A stretch of DNA of 64,000 nt. It comes from Thermodesulfovibrionales bacterium. GTDB lineage: Bacteria > Nitrospirota > Thermodesulfovibrionia > Thermodesulfovibrionales > SM23-35. Of this stretch, positions 1-10,183 are shown one piece after another (positions within the stretch are counted from its first letter, which is position 1; every line of letters starts with the position of its first letter). Location: assembly GCA_049302065.1 (NCBI GenBank), contig JBAQLU010000126.1:7475-71474 (forward strand), read 5' to 3'. The position numbers and the translations under genes were made by a program. Below the pieces are notes generated by a model. It saw only the letters and a program-made list of their open reading frames with translations, had not been told where the DNA came from and ran no database searches.

Positions 1-775
1 CTCCAAGCCTTATATGATCACCGGGTTTGATATTTTCTACAATAGTTATGTCACCTCCAACCGGCTTGGCTCCTTCTGCCACAACAACAATAGCGTACTC
101 CTGTCCCCTGAGAGAAAGCTGCTTTATCTTGTTGCAAACCTTCTCAACATGAAAGGGGATTTCCGGTATCAGAATAACATCGGCTGAGCCTGATATGCCG
201 GAATGTAAGGCAATCCATCCTACATATCTGCCCATCACTTCAACTACCATAACCCTGTCATGAGACTTTGCAGTTGTATGAAGTTTATCTATCGCTTCAG
301 TAGCTGTATTTACTGCTGTATCAAATCCAAAGGTTACATCTGTGCAACTGATGTCATTGTCAATGGTTTTAGGGACTCCTATTATAGGCATGCCTTTTTT
401 CAGGAACTTTTCCGCGATGCGCATACTGCCGTCTCCGCCTATCGCAATGAGTGCATTAAAACCCAATGCCCTGAAGTTCTCGATAACAGAGTCAGAAATA
501 TCGGTCTCAACAATACTCCCATCAGATTTTTCTACAGGGAAATTAAATGGATCGCCTTTGATCGCAGTGCCGAGTATTGTGCCTCCGATATTTGTGATAT
601 CCCAGACATACTCAGGGGTAAGGCGTATGATATGTTTAGAGTCAACAAGCCCACGATAACCGTATTTTATGCCGTAAACTTCCCAGCCCTTCTGATATGC
701 AGCAAGTACTATGCCCCTAATGACTGCATTGAGACCAGGGGCATCGCCTCCACCTGTATTAACAGCTATTTTCAT
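1..775 (-). CDS. pfkA: 6-phosphofructokinase (partial, C-terminus runs off the left window edge)
   Basis: Absent from the ORF track because it is open at the edge. Manual reverse translation from ATG 775-773 gives MKIAVNTGGGDAPGLNAVIRG, the PFK signature. ATGA overlap with the stop of the upstream ORF. Confidence 0.85.
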   Translation of the reverse strand, partial: MKIAVNTGGGDAPGLNAVIRGIVLAAYQKGWEVYGIKYGYRGLVDSKHIIRLTPEYVWDITNIGGTILGTAIKGDPFNFPVEKSDGSIVETDISDSVIENFRALGFNALIAIGGDGSMRIAEKFLKKGMPIIGVPKTIDNDISCTDVTFGFDTAVNTATEAIDKLHTTAKSHDRVMVVEVMGRYVGWIALHSGISGSADVILIPEIPFHVEKVCNKIKQLSLRGQEYAIVVVAEGAKPVGGDITIVENIKPGDHIRLG

Positions 776-1287
776 TCTATTACCTCCACTGCTTCTTTTT
801 TTGATACCCTCGGAGGAGGATACGGAACCTTTGACGGATAACCAACAGGAACTATTGCTATTGGCCGCAGATTGTTCGGCATTTTCAGAATCACGGAGAC
901 CTCATCTTCACGGAATGCGCCAACCCATGTTGAACCGAGCCCATGCTCATGAGCAACAAGCATCATGCCCATGATACTTAAAGCAACATCCTGGATCGAA
1001 TATAAGTAAACTCCACGCTCACCATACTTAAGGGATATACGGCTGTCAGAACAACCTATTATAACTAAAGGCGCCTCTGCAATGAAATTCTGGTTCAAGG
1101 CTGCTGCTGCGATCCTTTTTTTGATCTGCTCGTTCTTAATGAAGTAAAACTTTCTTGCCTGCAGATTGCCGGCGCTTGGCGCCCATACAAGGGCTTCCAT
1201 GAGTTTATCAAGCAGCTCATCCGGTATCTTTTTCTTCTGAAAGTCCCGGATGCTCCTTCGCTCTTTAACTGCTTTGAGAATATCCAT
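772..1287 (-). CDS. nitroreductase family protein
   Basis: 171 aa. RRSIRDF near the N-terminus, WAPSAGNLQ, and an overall NADH-oxidase/nitroreductase-fold pattern. Confidence 0.85.
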   Translation of the reverse strand: MDILKAVKERRSIRDFQKKKIPDELLDKLMEALVWAPSAGNLQARKFYFIKNEQIKKRIAAAALNQNFIAEAPLVIIGCSDSRISLKYGERGVYLYSIQDVALSIMGMMLVAHEHGLGSTWVGAFREDEVSVILKMPNNLRPIAIVPVGYPSKVPYPPPRVSKKEAVEVIE

Positions 1288-1304
1288 TTTTAAGAAATCC
1301 AGTA

Positions 1305-1390
1305 AAAGGATTCAAGGGTCCGAGGATTCGAGGATTCTAGTAGTTTGTTTAAGACTTGGACCCTTGACCCCCCGGACCCTTGAACCCTTT
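1305..1390 (-). terminator. long imperfect hairpin built from GGATTC/AAGGGT-type hexamers, downstream of the substrate-binding protein gene
   Basis: AAAGGATTCAAGGGTCCG (1305-1322) pairs with CGGACCCTTGAACCCTTT (1373-1390), 18 bp with 1 mismatch. The inner segments are also hexamer-periodic. Confidence 0.45.
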
Positions 1391-1398
1391 TTTTAATC

Positions 1399-2505
1399 TT
1401 ATGGTTTCCAGTATTCTTCAAACTTTCCATTCTTTGTGATCCAGACAACATATGGTGATGCCGTAACATCTCCGTTTGCATCAAACCTTATCTTTCCGAG
1501 AGCGACATCGAATTCCATAGCATGCAACTTATCAATAACCGCCTTCCCTTCAGTTGACTTTGCCTCTCTGATAGCAGACAACAGGATGTTTGCAGCATCA
1601 TAGGCATAAACAGAATAAGGTCCGATATCACCATATTGTGACTGATATTTTTCGATAAAACCTTTTGCTGAAGGTATATTCCCGGGATCAGGGCTGAACG
1701 TCAGATACGTTCCTTCTGCTGCTGGAGCTCCTGCAATCTCGATAAACTTAGGGTCTATTGTTCCATCGCCGCTCATGAACCTGGTATTTAATCCGAGTTC
1801 TTTCGCCTGTTTAACGAGAAGACCTGCCTCAGGATAGATACCTCCGTAAAAGATCAGTTCCGGATTTTTGGTCTTAATTGCGATCAGAACCATCTTGAAG
1901 TCTTTATCTCCCTGGACAATTCCTCCATAGTAAGCAATATTTACCTTATCTCCAAGGAATTTTTTAAATTCATCTGCAAGTCCCTGGCCGTATGTTGTCT
2001 TGTCATGCAGGATGGCAACGGTTTTCAGCCTGAGACTGTTTAGAGCAAATTCAGCCCCCACCTTACCCTGCTGATCGTCCCTTCCGCATACCCTGAAAAC
2101 ACCCCTGTGACCTTTTTCTGTAAGCTGGGGATTGGTGGAACCGGGCGTAATCATCGGTATCCCTGCTCTGTTATAAACATCTGATGCAGGGATGGAACAG
2201 CTTGAATTGAAATGTCCGATAACACCTGGCACACCATCATTGATCATCTTATTGGCAACAGAGACAGCCTGTTTCGGGTCATGCTGGTCATCGCTGATTA
2301 CAACTTCTATCTTCTTGCCGAGGACTCCGCCTTTGTTGTTCCACTCCTCAACTGCAAGCGAGGCACCGTTCTTGAAATCCATTCCCATTTTTGCCTGGTC
2401 ACCAGTCATGGGTCCGGCAATGCCTATCTTTATTGTATCCTCTTTTTTCTGACATCCAAAAGCTGTTAACCACAGACATAAGAAGAGAAGCGCAACTTTT
2501 TTCAT
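1399..2505 (-). CDS. branched-chain amino acid ABC transporter substrate-binding lipoprotein (LivJ/LivK family)
   Basis: 368 aa. Lipobox LTAFGC, IKIGIAGPMTGDQA, and a type 1 periplasmic binding fold pattern. Confidence 0.85.
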   Translation of the reverse strand: MKKVALLFLCLWLTAFGCQKKEDTIKIGIAGPMTGDQAKMGMDFKNGASLAVEEWNNKGGVLGKKIEVVISDDQHDPKQAVSVANKMINDGVPGVIGHFNSSCSIPASDVYNRAGIPMITPGSTNPQLTEKGHRGVFRVCGRDDQQGKVGAEFALNSLRLKTVAILHDKTTYGQGLADEFKKFLGDKVNIAYYGGIVQGDKDFKMVLIAIKTKNPELIFYGGIYPEAGLLVKQAKELGLNTRFMSGDGTIDPKFIEIAGAPAAEGTYLTFSPDPGNIPSAKGFIEKYQSQYGDIGPYSVYAYDAANILLSAIREAKSTEGKAVIDKLHAMEFDVALGKIRFDANGDVTASPYVVWITKNGKFEEYWKP

Positions 2506-2676
2506 ATTATGAACCCCCTAAGATTTTTCAGTCTGAATGCAAGATCTGCGATATGCAATATATAAAATTGCGACAGATGAAAAAATATCCCTCTTTCGTA
2601 TTGTAGTTAATTTTGCTTTTTTATGAGTCATCAAAATATATGAATAGTAATATATTTATTTAGTAATCTCACCTCT

Positions 2677-2755
2677 CCCCTCTTTATAAAAGAGGGGTAT
2701 TTTGCTTCTTTTCAGAATGGTATCCACGTATTACCTCCCCCTTTTCTAAAGGGGG
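2677..2755. repeat. two related palindromic elements (CCCCTCTTTATAAAAGAGGGG and CCCCCTTTTCTAAAGGGGG)
   Basis: Perfect or near-perfect hairpins at 2677-2697 and 2737-2755 with similar flanks (ACCTC...ATT), lying between thiE and the liv-like gene. Confidence 0.4.
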
Positions 2756-2769
2756 ATTAAGGGGGATTA

Positions 2770-3417
2770 CTAAATATAATTTTCCTTAACTCTGTATCTT
2801 GCATCATGTGATTCAATAATATCTAAAAATCTTTTTGTATTGTCTCCGATATCCCCGCTGAGTATAGCTGATGCCACTGCAACCGCATCAGCTTCGGCAT
2901 CGAGGACTGATCTGATATTTTCGAGGTTTATACCACCAATTGCTACTACCGGTATATGCACCTGATTTTTTATCTCATGAAGCATATCAATCCCTTTCGG
3001 ACTGCCGGCATCTTTGGTTGTCGTATTAAACACAGGGCCAAATCCAATGTAGTCAGCGCCATCTTTCTCAGCGTCTATGGCCTGTTCCACTGTGTGAGTC
3101 GAGATGCCTATTATTCTTTTCCGCCCCATTATCTTCCGGGATTCTTTCAAGGGCAGGTCATCCTGACCGAGATGGACGCCATCGGCATTGACAGCGATTG
3201 CTATATCAGGATGGTCATTTACGAGAAACACGGCATTAAAGTCTTTTGTAATCCCCCTGAGCCTGACCGCTTCCTCATATACTTCTCGCCGTGATCTTTT
3301 TTTATCCCTGTACTGCACCCATTTCAGACCTGCCTGGAGTGCATTGAGTACCATATCTTCATAAGAAAGACTGCATATGCTGCTATCGGTAATAAAGCAA
3401 AGGCCGGCTAAATACAT
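2770..3417 (-). CDS. thiE: thiamine-phosphate synthase
   Basis: 215 aa. LCFITDS start, VQYRDK, HLGQDD, GISTH and GFGPVF motifs typical of ThiE. Confidence 0.85.
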   Translation of the reverse strand: MYLAGLCFITDSSICSLSYEDMVLNALQAGLKWVQYRDKKRSRREVYEEAVRLRGITKDFNAVFLVNDHPDIAIAVNADGVHLGQDDLPLKESRKIMGRKRIIGISTHTVEQAIDAEKDGADYIGFGPVFNTTTKDAGSPKGIDMLHEIKNQVHIPVVAIGGINLENIRSVLDAEADAVAVASAILSGDIGDNTKRFLDIIESHDARYRVKENYI

Positions 3418-3422
3418 AGCGC

Positions 3423-4790
3423 TCAGGCATTTTCCTGACTGCGGCTGCCATTCATTTTCTGAATAAAATTCGTATTGAAATTTCCACTGATAAAATCAGG
3501 GTTGTTCATAACTTTTTTGTGGAATGGAATGGTTGTCTTAATCCCTTCGATTATGAATTCATCAAGCGCACGCTTCATCTTCATGATAGCTTCAGTCCTG
3601 TCTTTACCATGTACGATCAGTTTGGCGATAAGGGAGTCATATTGTGAAGGTATGACATATCCACTATAAATCGCGGTATCAACTCTTACTCCCGGCCCCC
3701 CTGGGAGCGACAGAAATGTAATTTTACCCGGGGAGGGTATGAACCTTTCAGGGTCTTCTGCGTTGATCCTGCATTCTATGGCATGGCCTGAAGGCCGTAT
3801 CTGGTGCTGTTTGTATTCAAACGGTAATCCTGCTGCCAGTTTTATCTGCTCTTTTACAATATCAATGCCTGTCACCATTTCCGTCACCGGATGTTCTACC
3901 TGTATGCGGGTATTTATCTCTATGAAGTAGATATTGCCTTGAGAGTCAACAATAAATTCAACTGTTCCAACATTTCTGTATTTGATTGCGCGCGCAGCCT
4001 TTACACCCAACTCGCCTATTCTCTTTTTAAACTTTTCTGTTAACAGGATGGGAGAAGGTGATTCTTCTATAAGCTTCTGATGCCTCCTCTGTATCGAACA
4101 GTCCCTTTCACCGAGGTGTATCGTGTTGCCCTTGCTGTCTGCCATAATCTGTACTTCAATGTGTCTCATTTCGGGTATGTATTCCTCTACGTAAATTTCG
4201 CTGTTCGCGAATGCTGTCAGGGCCTCTCTCTGGGCCATATAAAATGCCTGCTCAAGGTCCTTTTCCTCTTTCACGATCTTCATGCCGTGTCCGCCTCCGC
4301 CGGCTGAGGCTTTAAGCACGATAGGGAACCCTATCTTTTTTGCGACCTTCGTGGCAATTTCTTCATTCTGCACAGGGCCATCACTCCCGGAAACAACAGG
4401 TACGCCCTTCCTTTTCATTGTCTGCCGTGCTTTTGCCTTGTCACCGCCGATCCTTATATTCTCAGGGCTCGGGCCTATGAATGTTATGCCAGAGGTTGTA
4501 CATGCTTCCGCAAAATGATAGTTTTCAGACAGGAACCCATATCCCGGGTGTATGGCGTCTGAATCCGTTATCTCCGCGGCACTGAGTATAGCGGGAATAT
4601 TCAGGTAACTCTGTGTTACATTGGCCGGCCCGATACATACAGATTCGTCTGCAAGCCGCACATGAAGGGATTCTTTATCCATCTCCGAATATATTGCAAC
4701 AGTTTTTACTCCGAGTTCCTTGCATGCACGGATAATCCTTACAGCAATTTCACCGCGATTCGCTATTAATATTTTATTAAATAATTTCAT
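3423..4790 (-). CDS. accC: acetyl-CoA carboxylase, biotin carboxylase subunit
   Basis: 455 aa. [20 protein letters not shown]-grasp [10 protein letters not shown], and [14 protein letters not shown]-like [15 protein letters not shown]. Confidence 0.95.
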   Translation of the reverse strand: MKLFNKILIANRGEIAVRIIRACKELGVKTVAIYSEMDKESLHVRLADESVCIGPANVTQSYLNIPAILSAAEITDSDAIHPGYGFLSENYHFAEACTTSGITFIGPSPENIRIGGDKAKARQTMKRKGVPVVSGSDGPVQNEEIATKVAKKIGFPIVLKASAGGGGHGMKIVKEEKDLEQAFYMAQREALTAFANSEIYVEEYIPEMRHIEVQIMADSKGNTIHLGERDCSIQRRHQKLIEESPSPILLTEKFKKRIGELGVKAARAIKYRNVGTVEFIVDSQGNIYFIEINTRIQVEHPVTEMVTGIDIVKEQIKLAAGLPFEYKQHQIRPSGHAIECRINAEDPERFIPSPGKITFLSLPGGPGVRVDTAIYSGYVIPSQYDSLIAKLIVHGKDRTEAIMKMKRALDEFIIEGIKTTIPFHKKVMNNPDFISGNFNTNFIQKMNGSRSQENA

Positions 4791-4796
4791 GTTTTT

Positions 4797-4907
4797 CAGC
4801 GTAGAGATGAGAGTGAAGAGCGTAGTAGATTGAAACTGTCATATGTCCAGATATGTCAGGTATTTTTTGCTCCTGGCTCTATGCTCTTTGCGCTCTGCTC
4901 CTTGCTC
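4797..4907. repeat. purine-rich arm and pyrimidine-rich arm (GAGNNN-type hexamers) forming an imperfect long hairpin inside the accB-accC intergenic spacer
   Basis: GTAGAGATGAGAGTGAAGAGCGTAGTAG (about 4801-4828) versus TGCTCCTGGCTCTATGCTCTTTGCGCTCTGCTCCTTGCTC (4868-4907). Complementary apart from transitions and small gaps. Confidence 0.35.
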
Positions 4908-5343
4908 ATACGGGATCGATAAGAAACAATGGCTCCCCGTATTCAACAGGCTGTCCATTTTCTACGAGTATTTTTACGACAATTCCGTCAACATCGCTCT
5001 CGATCTCGTTCATCAGTTTCATTGCTTCTACAATACAGAGAACCTGACCTTTGTTTACCTTTGCGCCTATTTCAACAAAAGACACAGCCTCTGGGGTAGG
5101 CGCCCTGTAGAATGTGCCGACTATCGGCGAGGTGATTGTTACAAGCCTCTGTGTCTCTTCCTCGGTTTCAGCTATAATTTTCTCGCGCAAGGATGTAGAA
5201 GGTTTATAAAGAGGCATCTCTAAAGAGGAGAAGGTTTTTTCTCTCTTGATTTTTACCTTTGTGCCATCTTTCTCTACCTGTAGTTCGGTAATATCTGTAT
5301 CCTTGAGAAGTTCTAAGAGTTTTTTTAAATCCTCAAGTTCCAT
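4906..5343 (-). CDS. accB: acetyl-CoA carboxylase, biotin carboxyl carrier protein
   Basis: 145 aa. Biotinylation motif [10 protein letters not shown]. Confidence 0.9.
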   Translation of the reverse strand: MELEDLKKLLELLKDTDITELQVEKDGTKVKIKREKTFSSLEMPLYKPSTSLREKIIAETEEETQRLVTITSPIVGTFYRAPTPEAVSFVEIGAKVNKGQVLCIVEAMKLMNEIESDVDGIVVKILVENGQPVEYGEPLFLIDPV

Positions 5344-5906
5344 TATTTTACCCTTTCTATATATTCCGATGTCCTTGTATCAATCCTTATAATATCTCCC
5401 TCGTTTATATGAAAGGGGACTTTAACAACAGCCCCTGTTTCCAAAGTGGCAGGTTTTCCGCTCCCGGAAGCAGTATCTCCCTTGAAACCCGCAGGGTCGG
5501 TCTTGGTAACAGTGAGTTCGACAAAAGTTGAAACTTCCACACTGATAGGCACGTCTTTGTGATAGAGGACTTTTACTGTCATATTTTCCTTGAGGAAATT
5601 CTTTACCTCACCAAGCTGGGAAAGCATGAAAGGGATTTGTTCATACGTCTCTAAATCCATAAAATAATAATGTTCATCCTGAGAATAGATATATTGCATG
5701 TTTTTTTCCTCGAGACCCGGTCTCTCTAATTTTTCTCCTGACCTGAACGTTTCCTCGAGGACTGCTCCTGTCTTGAGATTCTTCATCTTTGTCCTGACAA
5801 TAGCTCCGCCTCTTCCCATTTTTACATGCTGAAAGTCAACTATCTCACAGGGCTCGCCTTTGAACTCGACCTTAAGCCCCTTCCTGAAATCGCTCGTAGA
5901 AATCAA
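5343..5906 (-). CDS. efp: elongation factor P
   Basis: The track ORF runs to 5963. The conserved EF-P N-terminus ISTSDFRKG begins at TTG 5906-5904, 7 nt after AAGGAGG. 187 aa from that start. [19 protein letters not shown] loop. Confidence 0.9.
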   Translation of the reverse strand: MISTSDFRKGLKVEFKGEPCEIVDFQHVKMGRGGAIVRTKMKNLKTGAVLEETFRSGEKLERPGLEEKNMQYIYSQDEHYYFMDLETYEQIPFMLSQLGEVKNFLKENMTVKVLYHKDVPISVEVSTFVELTVTKTDPAGFKGDTASGSGKPATLETGAVVKVPFHINEGDIIRIDTRTSEYIERVK

Positions 5907-6011
5907 AACGCATACCTCCTTATAAAAGTCTATTATTTTAGCATTTTCTGTGATTTTTTCCATCTGTCCAGGGAATTAAGCAAAAGTTACATGAATCATA
6001 AATATTTTTTC

Positions 6012-6040
6012 TTGACATCAATTAACAAAATGGGTAAGTT
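6012..6040 (+). promoter_or_regulatory. putative sigma70-type promoter (TTGACA-17 nt-TAAGTT)
   Basis: TTGACA at 6012-6017 and TAAGTT at 6035-6040, 40 nt upstream of the fadL-like start. AAGGAGGGG RBS at 6066-6074. Confidence 0.4.
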
Positions 6041-6079
6041 ACGGAGCGAATAATATTTTTAAAAAAGGAGGGGAAAGGG

Positions 6080-7450
6080 ATGAAGAATCAATCCTTGTGC
6101 AAGTGGAGGGGTGGTATATTTTTTATTGTATGCATTTCTTTCATGTCCGCAAGTTCTGCGTTTGGTGCAGGGTTCGCACTTATAGAAAATGGTGTCAGCG
6201 GTCTGGGGAACGCTTACGCAGGAGGCGCTGCAAGCGCTGAGGATGCCTCGACAATATTTTATAATCCGGCAGGCATGACACGTCTGGAGGGAAAGCAGGT
6301 GATTGCCGGAGCACATATTATTATGCCGTCTGTTAAATTTAATAATGAGGGATCAACTCATGTTCTGCAGCCTTATACCGGAATCCCTCTCCAGGGTGGT
6401 AACGGTGGTGATAGCGGTGTCACAAAGGCTGTGCCGAATTTCTATTACACCAGGAAACTCAGTGACCGTTTTGCAGTCGGGCTTGGTGTGAGTGCGCCAT
6501 TCGGGCTTGCCACTGAGTATGACAAACACTGGGTTGGCCGCTACCATGCTATTGAATCAGATCTCCTTAGTGTTAATATAAACCCGTCAGTTGCGTACAA
6601 AGTAAATGATAATCTGAGTGTTGGCGCGGGTATCAGCGTACAGTACTTAAAAGCAAAACTTACCAATGCAATTGACTTCGGATCGCTTGATTTCCTGGGA
6701 AAACTCGGATTGCCTCCCCATGCGCTCGGTCTGACTCCTCAGGAAGCTGACGGTCATGCCGAACTTAATGGTGACAGCTGGGGCGTTGGCTATAACATCG
6801 GTTTTCTCTATGAATTTACAAAAAATACCCGTATGGGCATAGCATATCGTTCACGCATTGATCACACACTTGACGGCAGGGCTGAATTTTCCGGCGTCCC
6901 TCCCGGACTTGCCCCTGTCCCTGTATTCAAGGATACCGATGCCGAAGCTGAGATAACCGTGCCTGACAACCTTTCTATCAGCTTTTTCCATCAGATCAAT
7001 CCACAGTGGATGATCATGGCAGATTTTACATGGACAAACTGGCAGCTTTTTGAAGAGTTGAAAGTAAAGTTTGACAATCACGACCAGCCGGATGCTGTTA
7101 CTACTGAAAATTGGCAGGATAGTTATCGCACTTCGCTTGGTGTAACCTTTATGCCTGATAATAAATGGACATTCAGAGCCGGCACTGCCTATGATTCATC
7201 CGCAGTTTCTGATAAAAGATACCGGACGCCGCGTATACCGGACGGAGACCGTATCTGGGCAGCGTTAGGTATAGGGTACAAGTTTTCCAATATGTTCAAA
7301 GCTGATATCGCTTATGCTCACCTCTTCATCAATGACCCTGAGATCAGTCAATCTGTAGCTAACCCGGAAAACGCAATAAAAGGCGGTTTAAAAGGATATT
7401 ATGATGCACATATCAATATCGTGAGTGCTTCACTGACTCTGACATTTTAG
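6080..7450 (+). CDS. outer-membrane long-chain fatty acid/hydrophobic compound transporter (FadL/OmpP1/TodX family)
   Basis: 456 aa. Signal peptide, GAGFALIENGVSGLGNAYAGGAA N-terminal hatch motif, and a beta-barrel ending in F. Confidence 0.85.
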   Translation: MKNQSLCKWRGGIFFIVCISFMSASSAFGAGFALIENGVSGLGNAYAGGAASAEDASTIFYNPAGMTRLEGKQVIAGAHIIMPSVKFNNEGSTHVLQPYTGIPLQGGNGGDSGVTKAVPNFYYTRKLSDRFAVGLGVSAPFGLATEYDKHWVGRYHAIESDLLSVNINPSVAYKVNDNLSVGAGISVQYLKAKLTNAIDFGSLDFLGKLGLPPHALGLTPQEADGHAELNGDSWGVGYNIGFLYEFTKNTRMGIAYRSRIDHTLDGRAEFSGVPPGLAPVPVFKDTDAEAEITVPDNLSISFFHQINPQWMIMADFTWTNWQLFEELKVKFDNHDQPDAVTTENWQDSYRTSLGVTFMPDNKWTFRAGTAYDSSAVSDKRYRTPRIPDGDRIWAALGIGYKFSNMFKADIAYAHLFINDPEISQSVANPENAIKGGLKGYYDAHINIVSASLTLTF

Positions 7451-7451
7451 G

Positions 7452-8978
7452 ATGCTCCTGCATCAGCATTTTGTGAGGATTGCAAAGAGGTACGGCGATA
7501 AACCTGCGTTTATTGACCGTACCTCTGACAAGAGGGTCTCATATTCCAAGGCGCTCATCGCTTCCCTTATTCTTTCAGAGAAATTCAGTCAATACAAAGA
7601 AGGATTCCTCGGCATTATGATCCCGACCTCTGCAGGATGTGCACTCTCGATCCTCGGCACATTGATGAGCGGAAGAACCCCGGTCATGATCAACTATTCG
7701 ACCGGTGCAGCGAATAATGCACTCTATGCTCAGAAGAAATGCAATTTTAGAACTATCATCACATCAAAAGCCCTCCTTGAAAAGATCAACTGCCCTGTTA
7801 TCGATGGAATGGTTTTCATTGAGGACATCATGGAGGAGATCTCAGGCAGAGAAAAACTCAAGGCTGCACTTAAGGCGAAGCTTCCGGTTCCTCTTATCCT
7901 TAAAATGATTCATGGAGGGCTTGAAGATGACAACATCGTCATACTCTTTACAAGCGGCAGTGAAAAAGACCCCAAGGCTGTCCAATTAACCCATCGGAAT
8001 ATTGCATCAAACATCGCCAGTTTCAGCAAGGTCATGAAGCTGTATGAGAGTGATGTAATGCTTGCAAATCTCCCCTATTTTCATGTATTAGGCCTGACGG
8101 TCAACCTCTGGACCCCTCTTTTCCATGGAATGACAGTTATTGCATATGCAAATCCTCTCGACTACCGAATGATTTGTAATATTATCAGTGAAGAGAGGCC
8201 ATCGGTAATGGTTGGCACGCCGAGTTTCCTGTGGGGCTATCTCCGCAAATCAGAGGAAGGCAACTTCAGGAGTATCCGTCTTATTGTGAGCGGTGCGGAT
8301 AAATGTCCTGATGCACTGAGAAACGAGTTCTTTGAAAAGCATGGTGTTACGCTGTATGAAGGATATGGAGCTACCGAAACATCTCCGGTGATCTCTGTAT
8401 GCACCCCGGAACATAATAAGCCGGGAAGTGTCGGGAAAGCGCTTCCGGACGTTTTAGTGCGTATCGAAAATTATGAGACCGGCAAAGAATGCGGCGCCGG
8501 AGAGGTAGGGAGAATACTGGTAAAAGGCGATCTTGTAATGAAGGGATATCTGCATGACTTTGAAGAAACGTCAATGCGTATCCGGCATGGATGGTACGAT
8601 ACAGGCGATATGGGTTATCTGGATACAGATGAATTCCTGTGGCACTCCGGCAGGCTGAAAAGGTTTGTAAAGATCGGTGGAGAAATGGTTTCACTGGTGA
8701 AGGTTGAAGATGTGCTGCAAAAACTCCTGCCGGAAAATATTGCCTGCTCGGTGGTGGAAATACCCGATGCGCACAAGGGAGTAAGGATAGTTGCTGCAGT
8801 AACGCAGAAGGTGGATGAAAGAAGGATCCTGAAATTGATGTCAGAGCACCTGCCCAATATAGCCCTTCCAAAACAATTTATTGTGATCGAAGAACTTCCC
8901 AAGATGGGAAGCGGCAAGATTGATTTCCGGGGTGTTACAGAGATGGTTCAGACGTTGTTGCAGAAGGATGTAGCCTAA
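7452..8978 (+). CDS. AMP-dependent synthetase/ligase (acyl-CoA or acyl-ACP synthetase, Aas-like)
   Basis: 508 aa. LFTSGSEKDPKAV (AMP-binding motif), YGATE, DTGD, GKID. Starts 1 nt after the fadL-like stop. Confidence 0.8.
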   Translation: MLLHQHFVRIAKRYGDKPAFIDRTSDKRVSYSKALIASLILSEKFSQYKEGFLGIMIPTSAGCALSILGTLMSGRTPVMINYSTGAANNALYAQKKCNFRTIITSKALLEKINCPVIDGMVFIEDIMEEISGREKLKAALKAKLPVPLILKMIHGGLEDDNIVILFTSGSEKDPKAVQLTHRNIASNIASFSKVMKLYESDVMLANLPYFHVLGLTVNLWTPLFHGMTVIAYANPLDYRMICNIISEERPSVMVGTPSFLWGYLRKSEEGNFRSIRLIVSGADKCPDALRNEFFEKHGVTLYEGYGATETSPVISVCTPEHNKPGSVGKALPDVLVRIENYETGKECGAGEVGRILVKGDLVMKGYLHDFEETSMRIRHGWYDTGDMGYLDTDEFLWHSGRLKRFVKIGGEMVSLVKVEDVLQKLLPENIACSVVEIPDAHKGVRIVAAVTQKVDERRILKLMSEHLPNIALPKQFIVIEELPKMGSGKIDFRGVTEMVQTLLQKDVA

Positions 8979-10063
8979 ATCAGTTCCAGTTTCTTTGGCA
9001 GTGAAGTTAATACTTCAGCTTTTTTCTCACTGACAACCACCATGTCCTCAATCCTGACTCCTCCAAGTCCCGGGAGATAAATTCCAGGCTCGATTGTAAA
9101 GACCATATTTTTTCTTACAGGCTCACTTTTATTCCATGATATCCGCGGTGATTCATGTACCTGAAGACCAACGCCATGACCCGTTCCGTGGCCAAACAGG
9201 TCACCGTACCCTGCATTTTTGATATAATCCCTTGCTCCTGCATCAATCTGCTTTGACCGGGCGCCATTGGAAACAGAAGAGATGGCCCTCCTGTTTGCTT
9301 CGAGAACAGTATGGTAAATCTCCTTCTTTTTCTGTATATCGTTTCCGCCTTTCAGTAGAAATGTCCTTGTCAGATCTGAAAAATAACCATGAGCCTCTCC
9401 GCCCCAGTCTGCTATCACAAGGTCGCCTTTCTGCAATTTTCTGTCAGTCGGCCTTGCATGCGGCATGGCTGAGTGCGGTCCTGATGCAACTATGATATCA
9501 AAGGGGATACGACTGCAGCCTCTCTTCTTCAATCCTTCTTCGAGTCTTAATGCAATTGAACGTTCGCTTATCCCCGGTCTTATATATGTTTTAACATCCA
9601 TAAAGGCATTCTCTGCACGCATCACTGCTTCCTGAATGTAATGGATCTCATGTCTGTCTTTTATCTCCCTTAATTTTTCTACGAAGCCTTCCATTGCCTT
9701 CAACCTGAGACTTGTATGGGATAATTTTCTGAAAAAATGGTAGGACACAGAGGATTCAAATCCGAGTTTTTTAATGCCGTTCTTTTTGGAGATGTCCTGA
9801 ATTAATGCTATCCTGTCCCCTTTTTCGATAAGGGTCTCCCATCCCATCACCTCATTTTCTGACTGCTCCCTGTATCTGAAGTCAGTTATGAAAAAATGGT
9901 CTTTCCCTGTGATAAATGCACAACCGCAAGATCCGGAAAAACCTGTCAGATAACGGACATTATGGATATCAGTAACAAGCAGACCATCAACCTTTGTTTT
10001 ATTAATTGCCTGCCTTATATTATTAAGACGCAAAGAATATCTGTCTGAAATTGTGTCAATCAT
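8975..10063 (-). CDS. Xaa-Pro aminopeptidase (M24 family)
   Basis: HGTGHGVGLQVHE, EPGIY and GGVRIED metal-ligand motifs. The track ORF extends to 10180, but the internal ATG at 10063 gives the usual length of about 362 aa. Confidence 0.8.
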   Translation of the reverse strand: MIDTISDRYSLRLNNIRQAINKTKVDGLLVTDIHNVRYLTGFSGSCGCAFITGKDHFFITDFRYREQSENEVMGWETLIEKGDRIALIQDISKKNGIKKLGFESSVSYHFFRKLSHTSLRLKAMEGFVEKLREIKDRHEIHYIQEAVMRAENAFMDVKTYIRPGISERSIALRLEEGLKKRGCSRIPFDIIVASGPHSAMPHARPTDRKLQKGDLVIADWGGEAHGYFSDLTRTFLLKGGNDIQKKKEIYHTVLEANRRAISSVSNGARSKQIDAGARDYIKNAGYGDLFGHGTGHGVGLQVHESPRISWNKSEPVRKNMVFTIEPGIYLPGLGGVRIEDMVVVSEKKAEVLTSLPKKLELI

Positions 10064-10183
10064 GCATGAAATCCAAATTATTCGCTTACGATAACTGAAG
10101 AATGCCTGATAATTCAATGCCAAATCGTGAGGTGAAGGCTTGGAAAGCCGAGGGAAGGGATGCCCTCGCCCCTTGATCAATTG

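Noticed and set aside
260-841. Many long ORFs in the track lie antisense to, or out of frame within, well-supported genes. Examples: 260-841, 2192-2452, 22945-23433, 30553-31089, 30725-31225, 33508-33969, 34860-35315, 41057-41500 and 44521-44937.
   Set aside because: They overlap CDSs with strong family motifs, have odd low-complexity or Cys/Ser/Leu-rich composition and lack RBSs. I treat them as shadow ORFs.
1290-1484. 64-aa ORF covering the hexamer hairpin and the 3' end of the liv-like gene.
   Set aside because: It overlaps a well-supported CDS and a repeat, and its composition looks like translated repeat sequence.
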